Positions 18,418 through 26,119 of a DNA stretch of 30,363 nucleotides are shown here, piece by piece. Origin of the DNA: a virus (taxonomy: Duplodnaviria > Caudoviricetes); the IMG/VR virus record IMGVR_UViG_3300017784_006466, positions 1 through 30,363 of that record. One strand, written 5' to 3'. The notes under the pieces are model-generated. The model ran no database searches. It saw only the letters and a program-made list of their open reading frames with translations, and had not been told where the DNA came from. Each line of letters begins with the position of its first letter. Position 1 is the first letter of the stretch. Made by a program: the position numbers and the translations under genes.

Positions 18418-19034
18418 TTAGTCACAAACACAAATACATATTTATTCATGTACCAAAAACTGGAGGTAGCAGCATAACATTAGCATTGCTTAAAAATGAA
18501 AATATTATTTTACCCAATGTAGATTTTCCATTACATCATCTTTATAAAAGCCAAAAAAATTCATATAAACTAAAAGTCGAAGAAGATGGAAAAATATTGC
18601 ATGAAGAACATTACCCATTGGATAAATTTGATTTAGAATTTCAAAAAAATTATTATTGTTTTGCTTTTGTTAGAAATCCTTGGGATGTAATGGTTAGTAC
18701 TTATTTTTTTAATAAAAAATATAGAAATCATGTAATAAATACAAATGTTTCTTTTGAAGATTTCCTACTTAAAGACAAAATGCATCCAGCAATGTTCCAC
18801 ACGTTACCACAGAATTCTTTTATAAATGATCATATAAATTACATTGGAAGATTTGAAAATTTACAACAAGATTTTGATAAAATTTGCGAATATATTAATA
18901 TACCGAAACAACAACTACCTCATAAATATAAGACCGAAAGAACTCAATATCAAGACTACTACACAGAAGAAACTAAAAATTTTGTAGGAGCAAAATACAA
19001 AAAAGATATTGAAATGTTTAATTATAAATTTTGA
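18414..19034 (+). CDS. Sulfotransferase (Sulfotransfer_2 / carbohydrate sulfotransferase-like)
   Basis: FIHVPKTGGSSI (5'-PSB), FVRNPWD (3'-PB), IGRFENL, Y..D...FNY. Confidence 0.88.
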   Translation: MISHKHKYIFIHVPKTGGSSITLALLKNENIILPNVDFPLHHLYKSQKNSYKLKVEEDGKILHEEHYPLDKFDLEFQKNYYCFAFVRNPWDVMVSTYFFNKKYRNHVINTNVSFEDFLLKDKMHPAMFHTLPQNSFINDHINYIGRFENLQQDFDKICEYINIPKQQLPHKYKTERTQYQDYYTEETKNFVGAKYKKDIEMFNYKF

Positions 19035-19035
19035 T

Positions 19036-19659
19036 ATGATAATTTCTCATAAATATAAATTTATTTTTATAGCTGTGCCCAAAACTGGCACAACTTCTAT
19101 ACGTAATTTTTTGAAACCATACTTTGATATATTTCCTAATTTAGATTTAAAATCTCCACAATATGTACATACAAATATTAAAACGTTAAAACAACATTTT
19201 AAAAATAAAAATTGGAATTTTGATGAATATTTTAAATTTGGTTTTGTAAGAAATCCTTGGGATAGAGCTGTATCAGAATATCATTATAAAATTAATTACG
19301 TAGATAGAGAGAATTTAAATAAACCATATTATAAACCGTTTATGTCGCAATGTAAATTAATTAAAAAAATAAATAATTTTAATAAAGCAGTTACATTAAA
19401 TTTGCTGAATGGAGTAAATCAATCAAGTTATATTCTTGACGACAATCAAAAAAATTTAATGAATTTTATTGGAAAATTTGAAAATTTAAATGAAGATTTT
19501 AAATTTATTTGTAGAAAAATAGGTGCAGAAGAAAACAATTTACCCCACGAAAATAAAAGTGTTCATAGACATTATAAAGAATACTATAATCAAGAGTCTA
19601 TTCAATTTATTCAAGAAAAATTTAAACAAGATATTGAAACTTTTGATTATAAATTTTAA
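19036..19659 (+). CDS. Sulfotransferase, second paralog
   Basis: FIAVPKTGTTSI, FVRNPWDRAVS, IGKFENL; start moved to 19036 (MIISHKYK) by comparison with the paralog. Confidence 0.88.
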   Translation: MIISHKYKFIFIAVPKTGTTSIRNFLKPYFDIFPNLDLKSPQYVHTNIKTLKQHFKNKNWNFDEYFKFGFVRNPWDRAVSEYHYKINYVDRENLNKPYYKPFMSQCKLIKKINNFNKAVTLNLLNGVNQSSYILDDNQKNLMNFIGKFENLNEDFKFICRKIGAEENNLPHENKSVHRHYKEYYNQESIQFIQEKFKQDIETFDYKF

Positions 19660-20123
19660 TCTGTTGGTGTTATTTCTGGACCTTTTAAGGCTTCTGTATT
19701 ATAGAAAAGGATAATTTCTGAACCTTTACGTATTTCTTTTAAAGAATAAATAATTAATAATTTACTTTCTTGAACAAAAAAAGAATCGCCATTACTTTGA
19801 TTAAAATTAGTTGAATACCTATAACTATTGACATTTCCATTAAAAAGAAACAAGGTATTACCGTGCTTTTGGCATTCGCTACAAAAGCAAATTGATTTTT
19901 TAGTTCTTTGTAAAATCACTGGATCGTTATGATATTTCGCTTTATGAGCCAAAGGCGTTCCAGCAGCATATTCTATCAAAGAAGCCTCTGGAATATTTTC
20001 TTTTGCAAAAATGCCATAGTTACCATTATCAATGGTTTTTATTTCTGATTTTGCATAATATTTATGATTTTGCTCCCAAACCTTATATAATCTATTAGGG
20101 ATGGTCGGTAAATTAATTTTCAT
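19656..20123 (-). CDS. SET-domain-like protein, divergent
   Basis: YGIFAKENIPEASLIE and YSLKEIRKGSEIILFY match SET termini; CFCSEC insert; no NHS motif. Confidence 0.65.
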   Translation of the reverse strand: MKINLPTIPNRLYKVWEQNHKYYAKSEIKTIDNGNYGIFAKENIPEASLIEYAAGTPLAHKAKYHNDPVILQRTKKSICFCSECQKHGNTLFLFNGNVNSYRYSTNFNQSNGDSFFVQESKLLIIYSLKEIRKGSEIILFYNTEALKGPEITPTD

Positions 20124-20691
20124 AAACAGAACCTAATTTTAACTTTTCTCTTTTAAGTGGCGATAAGTCTTTTGAAAAATGAGTTATATAGCTTTTTAAA
20201 TTTAAATCATACATATTATTCCAAAGGTCTGATAATTCAAAAACTTCGCAACTTGATTTAATATAATCCGAAATTTTATTTAAATCGCATTTTAAATTTT
20301 CATCATAAAAAATTGGTTTAATTTTATTCAAAGAATCAAAAAAATCTTTAACTTGATCAGTATTTTTAAAAATACCGAATCCGAAGTTAAAAAATCCCTC
20401 ACGGTCTTTAACAATTTGAACATCAGCTAGTCTCGGCATACTTGGAGCATTTTCATTTATTATTGCGTCCGCATCTATCCAAATGATCCAATCGTATTCT
20501 CTTTTAAATAAAAGCCAAATTATTAAAAATTTGTTAAATTTGAAACTTTCAAAATCAAAACTTGGGAAATCTACTTTATCTATATATAAATACTTATAAC
20601 CATATCTTTTAGCATAATCTTCATGAGTTTTTCGCGCTATGCTATTCTTATAATCATTAACATACATAGAAATTAAACATACTTTATCCAT
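20113..20691 (-). CDS. GT34-like glycosyltransferase
   Basis: HEDYAKRYGY, KF, DWIIWIDADAII, FNFG, WN, ITHF. Confidence 0.7.
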   Translation of the reverse strand: MDKVCLISMYVNDYKNSIARKTHEDYAKRYGYKYLYIDKVDFPSFDFESFKFNKFLIIWLLFKREYDWIIWIDADAIINENAPSMPRLADVQIVKDREGFFNFGFGIFKNTDQVKDFFDSLNKIKPIFYDENLKCDLNKISDYIKSSCEVFELSDLWNNMYDLNLKSYITHFSKDLSPLKREKLKLGSVYEN

Positions 20692-20762
20692 AATATATTA
20701 TATAGCCTTGTATGTTTAAATTATATATTTTTTAAGAAATTTTTAATATAATAATTAATATA

Positions 20763-21632
20763 ATGAATTATACTCTTTCAATAGGAGCAGTTTTTAAAAA
20801 TGAAGCACCATACTTAAAAGAATGGATTGAGCATTATTTAGCTAGAGGAGTAGATCATTTATATTTAATAAACGATTTTAGCGATGATAATTTTATTGAT
20901 GTTTTAAAACCCTATGAAAAACATATAACATTATTTCATAATAAACATCCTCAAATCATAAGATACAAACAAACCGCTTGTTATAATAGATTTATATTAC
21001 CTATCTTAAATCAAACAAAATACATTTTAATTTGCGATATTGACGAATATGTTTGGAGCCCTGCAAATTTAAATCTTAAAGATACTTTAAATGAATTTGA
21101 AAAGATGAATATTAAATCATATGGAATAGATATGATACTATTTGGAAGTAATAACCATATAAATCAACCAAAATCTATTGTGAACAGTTTTAACAGAAGA
21201 CAAAAAGTTCCATTTTATTACAAAGATATTAATGGAAAAGAAAAAATATTAATTGAAAATAAAAAAACCATATGTTTGTCAAATATAATAAAAAAAATAT
21301 CACTACACCAATCTTCTTATAATGAAAGTTCAATAAAAAGAATCACAGAAGAGGCAATTGATTTAAATAAAAGACTTTTAAGATTAAATCATTATAGACT
21401 TCAATCAAAAGAAAAATGGCTCAAAAGAATAAAACTTCCAGACGCAACAGGAGTAATACCAAAGCCTACTTTTATATCTCCAAATATGCCTTTGGATTAT
21501 AAAATTGATCCAAATAATTTTTTGTATTATAGGAATGAAGAAATGTTCGATATAGGAAATCAATGTCAAAACGAAATTGAAGACCTAGATTTAATTAATC
21601 AAAATATAATTGGATTAAAACAAAATTATTGA
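20763..21632 (+). CDS. GT92 / Glyco_tranf_2_4-like glycosyltransferase
   Basis: FKNEAPYLKEWIEHY..GVDHLYL, CDIDEY, LNHY. Confidence 0.8.
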   Translation: MNYTLSIGAVFKNEAPYLKEWIEHYLARGVDHLYLINDFSDDNFIDVLKPYEKHITLFHNKHPQIIRYKQTACYNRFILPILNQTKYILICDIDEYVWSPANLNLKDTLNEFEKMNIKSYGIDMILFGSNNHINQPKSIVNSFNRRQKVPFYYKDINGKEKILIENKKTICLSNIIKKISLHQSSYNESSIKRITEEAIDLNKRLLRLNHYRLQSKEKWLKRIKLPDATGVIPKPTFISPNMPLDYKIDPNNFLYYRNEEMFDIGNQCQNEIEDLDLINQNIIGLKQNY

Positions 21633-21665
21633 TATAATTAATATCTTTAACATCTTTAATTTTAA

Positions 21666-22505
21666 ATGAATATATACTTTTCTTACTCTACTAAAGTTTT
21701 CTCAAAAAATGAAAATTTAAATTTAACTAAAAAATTTGCTCAAATTTCAGTAGCAATGTTTAAAAAGTTTTATAAAAACGTATATTTGATAACAGACACC
21801 AAAGGCTTAGATATATTTAAAGATATAAATTTTACTGAGACTTACTCAATATTAGATATTGTACCACAAGAATATAAAGATGTATGGTCGATTGGTAAAT
21901 TATATGCGATAAAATATATAGCGGAAAAAAATGAACAATTTTGTCATGTAGATTTTGATTTTATTATTACAAAAGAACTCCCAAATCAAATAATAGATGC
22001 AGGAGTTTTTGTTCAATCAGTCGAGTACAACTTAGAACGTTTAGGTTATAATATTCTAATTTATTACAAATTTTGTAAAAATAAATATTTAGCAGAAAAT
22101 ATGTTATTAAATTCGGCTTTTAACTGCGGAATCTTAGGAGGTAAAAATTGTTCATTTTTTTATGAATACGCAGATACAGCAATTAAAATGATACAAGATA
22201 CAGAAAATAAAAAGTTATGGTTAGAAAATTATGTCCAATTTCAACCTTGGACAAAAGCCGTACTAGCAGAACAATATTACTTAGCATGCGTACTGAAAAA
22301 ATTTAATATAAGACCAAAATTAATTTTTGATAATTATATAAAGAATTACAAACCAAACACAATTATTGCTAAAAATTTTTATAAAGAAACTGGAGCTATA
22401 CATTTTTTAGGAGAATCAAAAAAAGAATTAGAATCTATATTGGATGAAATATTGAATAATAATTTAGATTTTGATGATAAAAAATTAATAAATCATATAA
22501 TTTAG
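21666..22505 (+). CDS. DUF6734-like putative GT-A protein
   Basis: LITD, WSIGKL, HVDFD, NCGILGG, AEQYYL, HFLG. Confidence 0.6.
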   Translation: MNIYFSYSTKVFSKNENLNLTKKFAQISVAMFKKFYKNVYLITDTKGLDIFKDINFTETYSILDIVPQEYKDVWSIGKLYAIKYIAEKNEQFCHVDFDFIITKELPNQIIDAGVFVQSVEYNLERLGYNILIYYKFCKNKYLAENMLLNSAFNCGILGGKNCSFFYEYADTAIKMIQDTENKKLWLENYVQFQPWTKAVLAEQYYLACVLKKFNIRPKLIFDNYIKNYKPNTIIAKNFYKETGAIHFLGESKKELESILDEILNNNLDFDDKKLINHII

Positions 22506-22518
22506 TGTAAATTTTAAT

Positions 22519-22848
22519 ATGAAAACAATAAATATAAATTTAAACGTAATTTTTATAGCAGAAAATACCCAACCATTAGATTCTATTCCTTGCCCAAGAG
22601 TTAATGTTTTTAAACACCCAGTAATTCCAGAGCATATCACCCAAACTGGGAATTATAATTATTCTTTTATATTAGAGGATGATGGTCGATGCGGAGTAGA
22701 TGTTTTTGGATGGGCAAATAATAAAATTGATATAAATACTCATTTACCAATTATGATTAAATCTGCTGGTGAAAATTTAGATCAAATTCAAAAAAGCGTA
22801 AACATTACAGAAGCTGGAACATATCATATTTCGGTAAGTATTAGTTGA
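22519..22848 (+). CDS. Hypothetical beta-rich protein
   Basis: 109-aa ORF; GTGTAA-N8-ATG upstream. Confidence 0.6.
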   Translation: MKTININLNVIFIAENTQPLDSIPCPRVNVFKHPVIPEHITQTGNYNYSFILEDDGRCGVDVFGWANNKIDINTHLPIMIKSAGENLDQIQKSVNITEAGTYHISVSIS

Positions 22849-22863
22849 GGTTGATATATAATC

Positions 22864-22891
22864 TTGACAAAGGTTATATATATTGTATAAT
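22864..22891 (+). promoter_or_regulatory. Sigma70-type promoter TTGACA-N16-TATAAT, probably also drives the tRNA
   Basis: Consensus hexamers with 16-nt spacing. Confidence 0.6.
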
Positions 22892-22905
22892 CTTAAAAGA
22901 TATAT

Positions 22906-23199
22906 ATGAATTGGGTAAAAATATTAGATTTTATTGATGGAATTTTTCTAGAAAAGCAAATTCAACCAGTACTAGGTACTCTTTATAAGATTAAAAACGA
23001 AGAATTACCATTTAGATATATCAGATTTGCGAATGACTCTTACCCAAATAAAGGTATATATCATTTTAAACATCATCAACTCAAAGAATATAAATTCATT
23101 AATTTAAATAGAATTGAAAGAGAAGCAAACAAAGAAGAGGTCAGGTTATATAATTTAATTAAACAACATGTAAATGAAGTTGCAGAAAATAATGATTAA
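22906..23199 (+). CDS. Hypothetical protein
   Basis: 97-aa ORF whose stop directly abuts the tRNA. Confidence 0.6.
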   Translation: MNWVKILDFIDGIFLEKQIQPVLGTLYKIKNEELPFRYIRFANDSYPNKGIYHFKHHQLKEYKFINLNRIEREANKEEVRLYNLIKQHVNEVAENND

Positions 23200-23286
23200 G
23201 GAACGATGGCTGAGTGGTCTAAAGCAGAAGTTTACTAAACTTCCGATGGTTAACTCCATCCGTGGGTTCAAATCCTACTCGTTCCG
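23200..23286 (+). tRNA. tRNA-Ser, anticodon ACT, no encoded CCA
   Basis: Acceptor GGAACGA/TCGTTCC with G73; D-arm GCT-GAGTGGTCTAA-AGC; anticodon arm GAAGT-TTACTAA-ACTTC; long variable arm GATGG/CCATC; T-arm GTGGG-TTCAAAT-CCTAC. Confidence 0.93.
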
Positions 23287-23295
23287 AGAATATTA

Positions 23296-23322
23296 TATTT
23301 GCTAACGAGAAAAAGCCAAATA
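23296..23322 (+). repeat. 27-bp repeat copy TATTTGCTAACGAGAAAAAGCCAAATA
   Basis: Identical to 23739-23765. Confidence 0.9.
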
Positions 23323-23373
23323 TATAAGAAAATTTTTTTGATAAACGCATATGTGATATATATAATATATAAT

Positions 23374-23670
23374 ATGAAAAACATCAAAAATACACTATTA
23401 AGTCTCATTTTGATTTCCGCTTCTTTTGCTTTCGCCGACTCTGGTGAATCTGATCAATCTACACCAGTAGCAGATGGTTTTCTATCCGCTGGAGATCTTG
23501 TGCTTGTTCGCCCAATTTCTACCGCAGCAACCATTGGTGCATTTGGAATTTTCGCAGTAGTAGCACCATTTACTGAAATGGCAGGATGCACAGAAGAAAC
23601 ATACGAAGGTTTAGTTGAAAGCGTTGGAAAGTTTTCTTTTGATCGTGATCTTGGCGATTTCAAAAAGTAA
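23374..23670 (+). CDS. Signal-peptide membrane protein resembling a cellular family (D-L-x-x-x-R-P...LV..F.RxLG)
   Basis: Start at 23374 (MKNIKNTLLSLILISASFAFA); GDLVLVRPISTAATIGAFGIFAVVAPFT. Confidence 0.75.
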   Translation: MKNIKNTLLSLILISASFAFADSGESDQSTPVADGFLSAGDLVLVRPISTAATIGAFGIFAVVAPFTEMAGCTEETYEGLVESVGKFSFDRDLGDFKK

Positions 23671-23800
23671 TATTTACTAACGATATTCTTGCAAATATAT
23701 CTCTATTTGCGAATGAAATTATGCCAAATAATAAACCCTATTTGCTAACGAGAAAAAGCCAAATAAAAGGTCGTATTTATGAACGAAAAAATGCCAAATA
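23671..23800 (+). repeat. Array of four 27-bp degenerate repeats (starts 23671, 23704, 23739, 23774; spacers 6, 8, 8 nt)
   Basis: All begin TATTT, share AAYGA and end CAAATA. Confidence 0.85.
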
Positions 23801-23955
23801 AGGAAGCTGGAAAAGGAAGCAAACCAAGAAATTGTTTCTCTGATAGTTTTAAAAATAACTATGAGAATATAAATTGGAAAATTAAAAAAGATAAAGTGTT
23901 GATTAAAAAGGAATTAAAAAACAAAGATGGCTCAGTTAGATATATTTACGAATAA
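23779..23955 (+). CDS. Small phage protein with GKGSKPR motif, 58 aa, not in ORF track
   Basis: MNEKMPNKEAGKGSKPRNCFSDSFKNNYENINW...; I recall this motif from small aquatic phage proteins; start could be 23791. Confidence 0.7.
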   Translation: MNEKMPNKEAGKGSKPRNCFSDSFKNNYENINWKIKKDKVLIKKELKNKDGSVRYIYE

Positions 23956-23966
23956 TATATAGACCC

Positions 23967-23995
23967 TTGACAGAGTTAGCAAAGAGTAGTATTCT
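23967..23995 (+). promoter_or_regulatory. Sigma70-type promoter TTGACA-N17-TATTCT, 6 nt before ATG 24002
   Basis: Consensus match and spacing. Confidence 0.75.
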
Positions 23996-24001
23996 TATGG
24001 T

Positions 24002-24901
24002 ATGAGAAAAGGAGTTTGTTGTATTGTATTAAGTCTAGCTGAACAAGATAACCCTATCAAGTTCAATACTATGACTTATGCTCGTTTCTCATCTATGGAT
24101 AGAAAAGAAGCTATTTCTGCTTTATCGTCTAGAATACTAAACAATATGACTACCACTTATCAATACATAAAATATTGCTCTGACCATAATCATACTTATA
24201 GAATTTCTTCTGATCTATTTCCTCTTATCACTTATGATAAAGCTAATGTATCATTACAAGATTTACCAGATTATAATAAAATATTAGTATCATTTGATAG
24301 TATCAAACATCTAATTCAATCTAAGAATGTAAGAGTTTCTTGTCATCCTAGCGAATTTAATGTTCTTGCTAGTGATAACGAAAATGCAATAACTAAAACA
24401 ATCAAAGAATTAAATTTCTATGGTTGGTTTATGACTCAGATTGGTTGCTCACTAAACTATGATTCACCTATGAATATGCACATACATAATTCCAAGGGCA
24501 ATTTAAATGATATAGTCAAAAAGTTTATGAGTAACTTTAATAAGCTAACTGATGATGTAAGGTCTAGGTTGGTTATAGAAAATGATGATAAAGACACTTG
24601 CTGGTCAGTTAAGAAGCTAATGAGACATTTCCATTCAGTTTCTAATATCCCTATTACCTTTGATTATCTTCACCACAAATGTCATCCAGATAACTTAACA
24701 GAAGAAGAAGCATTTCATCTTGCACGAATTACTTGGGGTAATCATACTCCATTGTTTCATTACTCTGAGAGTATAGATGGTCATAAAAATCCTAGAAAAC
24801 ACGCCGACTACGCAAAGTTCTTGCCAAATATCTATGGATATGATAATATAGATATTGACTTTGAATTAAAAATGAAAGAACAATCTTTTGCAAACCTATG
24901 A
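24002..24901 (+). CDS. uvsE: UV damage endonuclease
   Basis: YRISSDLFP, RVSCHPSEFNVL, RLVIENDD, FDYLHH, HYSE, HAD, DFELKMKE. Confidence 0.93.
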   Translation: MRKGVCCIVLSLAEQDNPIKFNTMTYARFSSMDRKEAISALSSRILNNMTTTYQYIKYCSDHNHTYRISSDLFPLITYDKANVSLQDLPDYNKILVSFDSIKHLIQSKNVRVSCHPSEFNVLASDNENAITKTIKELNFYGWFMTQIGCSLNYDSPMNMHIHNSKGNLNDIVKKFMSNFNKLTDDVRSRLVIENDDKDTCWSVKKLMRHFHSVSNIPITFDYLHHKCHPDNLTEEEAFHLARITWGNHTPLFHYSESIDGHKNPRKHADYAKFLPNIYGYDNIDIDFELKMKEQSFANL

Positions 24902-25374
24902 TTGAATTACAAATATCAGATAGAATTTTAACGGAAGCAAAGTTAAGAGCAACAAAACTTGGCAAATTAAATAATTCTATTACAGAAGGTGCTGGAAATA
25001 TTGCTGGATATATTGGGCAATTACTTGTTGCTGAACATTTAAATGCAGAAGAACCAGACAATTATAATTTTGATGTTAAGAAAAACAATATTACTTACGA
25101 AGTAAAAACAAAGCGTTGCACTTCAAGACCAAGGCAAGAATACGATTGTAGCGTTTCAGATTTTAATACAAAACAAAATTGCGACTATTATCTTTTTGTA
25201 AGAGTATTAGAGGATTTTTCTAAAGCGTGGGTTCTTGGTAAGAAAAAGAAAGCAGATTATTTTAAAGAAGCACGATTTTGTGAAAAAGGCAAGGTAGATG
25301 AAAAATCTACTTTCGGTTGGAAATTTAAAGCAAATTGTTATAATCTATCTATATCGAAATTAGAATCATTATGA
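24898..25374 (+). CDS. PD-(D/E)xK nuclease-like protein
   Basis: FD...YEVKTKR, CDYYLFVRV. Confidence 0.6.
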   Translation: MIELQISDRILTEAKLRATKLGKLNNSITEGAGNIAGYIGQLLVAEHLNAEEPDNYNFDVKKNNITYEVKTKRCTSRPRQEYDCSVSDFNTKQNCDYYLFVRVLEDFSKAWVLGKKKKADYFKEARFCEKGKVDEKSTFGWKFKANCYNLSISKLESL

Positions 25375-25460
25375 CACATAAAGTATATGAAATGTTTATT
25401 GTTATTCTCGGCGTAATCGCTAATATCGTACTTATAATTAACGCAATACATCATTGGTAA
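25371..25460 (+). CDS. 29-aa single-TM microprotein MTHKVYEMFIVILGVIANIVLIINAIHHW, not in ORF track
   Basis: ATGA overlap upstream and TAATG overlap downstream. Confidence 0.65.
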   Translation: MTHKVYEMFIVILGVIANIVLIINAIHHW

Positions 25461-26119
25461 TGAATAAATATTTAATAGTATCAGACATTCATCTCGGAGA
25501 CAAAGATTGCAAGGCTGAATTACTACTAAAAGTATTAAAACAAAATAAAGCCAAAACAATTATAATTGCTGGTGATCTTTTTGACCACCATAATCTTCAT
25601 AGGTTAAACAAAACTCATTGGAAGGTATTATCTAAATTACGCAAACTTTCTAAAAAATGCAAGGTAATTTATTTGATAGGTAATCATTGTTTTCTTAAAG
25701 CAGAGTTTATGAGTATTCTCCTTGGATTCGATTGTAAAGATGAAGATATTATAGAATTAAAAGACAAGAAAATATTAGTAGTTCACGGAGATATTTTTGA
25801 TATTTATTTTACAAGATATAAGTTGATTACTAATTTTATAATTAAAATTTATTATTTTATAAGACATTATACTCCATTTTCCGATGGTTTTTTTAATTTA
25901 TTTAAACATCATACAAATGATTTTGTTGGAAAAAGCTCTGACATAAAACAAAATGCTTTAAATTATATAAATATGAATAATTATGACGCTATCATATGTG
26001 GACATTCTCATCTTCCAGAGCAAGATAATAAATATATAAATACTGGTAGCTTTTGCGAAAAAGAATGTAGTTATGTTATAATAGATCAAAAAAATCAAAT
26101 AAAATTAATTAAACTATAA
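25460..26119 (+). CDS. Calcineurin-like metallophosphoesterase (LpxH/YbbF-like)
   Basis: SDIHLG, GDLFD, GNHC, HGD, GHSH, NTGS; start at 25460. Confidence 0.85.
   Translation: MNKYLIVSDIHLGDKDCKAELLLKVLKQNKAKTIIIAGDLFDHHNLHRLNKTHWKVLSKLRKLSKKCKVIYLIGNHCFLKAEFMSILLGFDCKDEDIIELKDKKILVVHGDIFDIYFTRYKLITNFIIKIYYFIRHYTPFSDGFFNLFKHHTNDFVGKSSDIKQNALNYINMNNYDAIICGHSHLPEQDNKYINTGSFCEKECSYVIIDQKNQIKLIKL

Noticed and set aside
23232-23238. Amber suppressor reading (CTA) of the tRNA, or a recoded genome
   Set aside because: The 5-bp stem fixes the loop as TT-ACT-AA; CTA would be off-register without U33, and genes are intact in code 11 with TAG and TGA used as stops
23299-23373. TTG-start extension of the 23299..23670 ORF
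   Set aside because: It begins inside the repeat; the signal peptide begins at ATG 23374
23671-23800. CRISPR array
   Set aside because: Spacers are only 6-8 nt, repeats are degenerate and no cas genes are present
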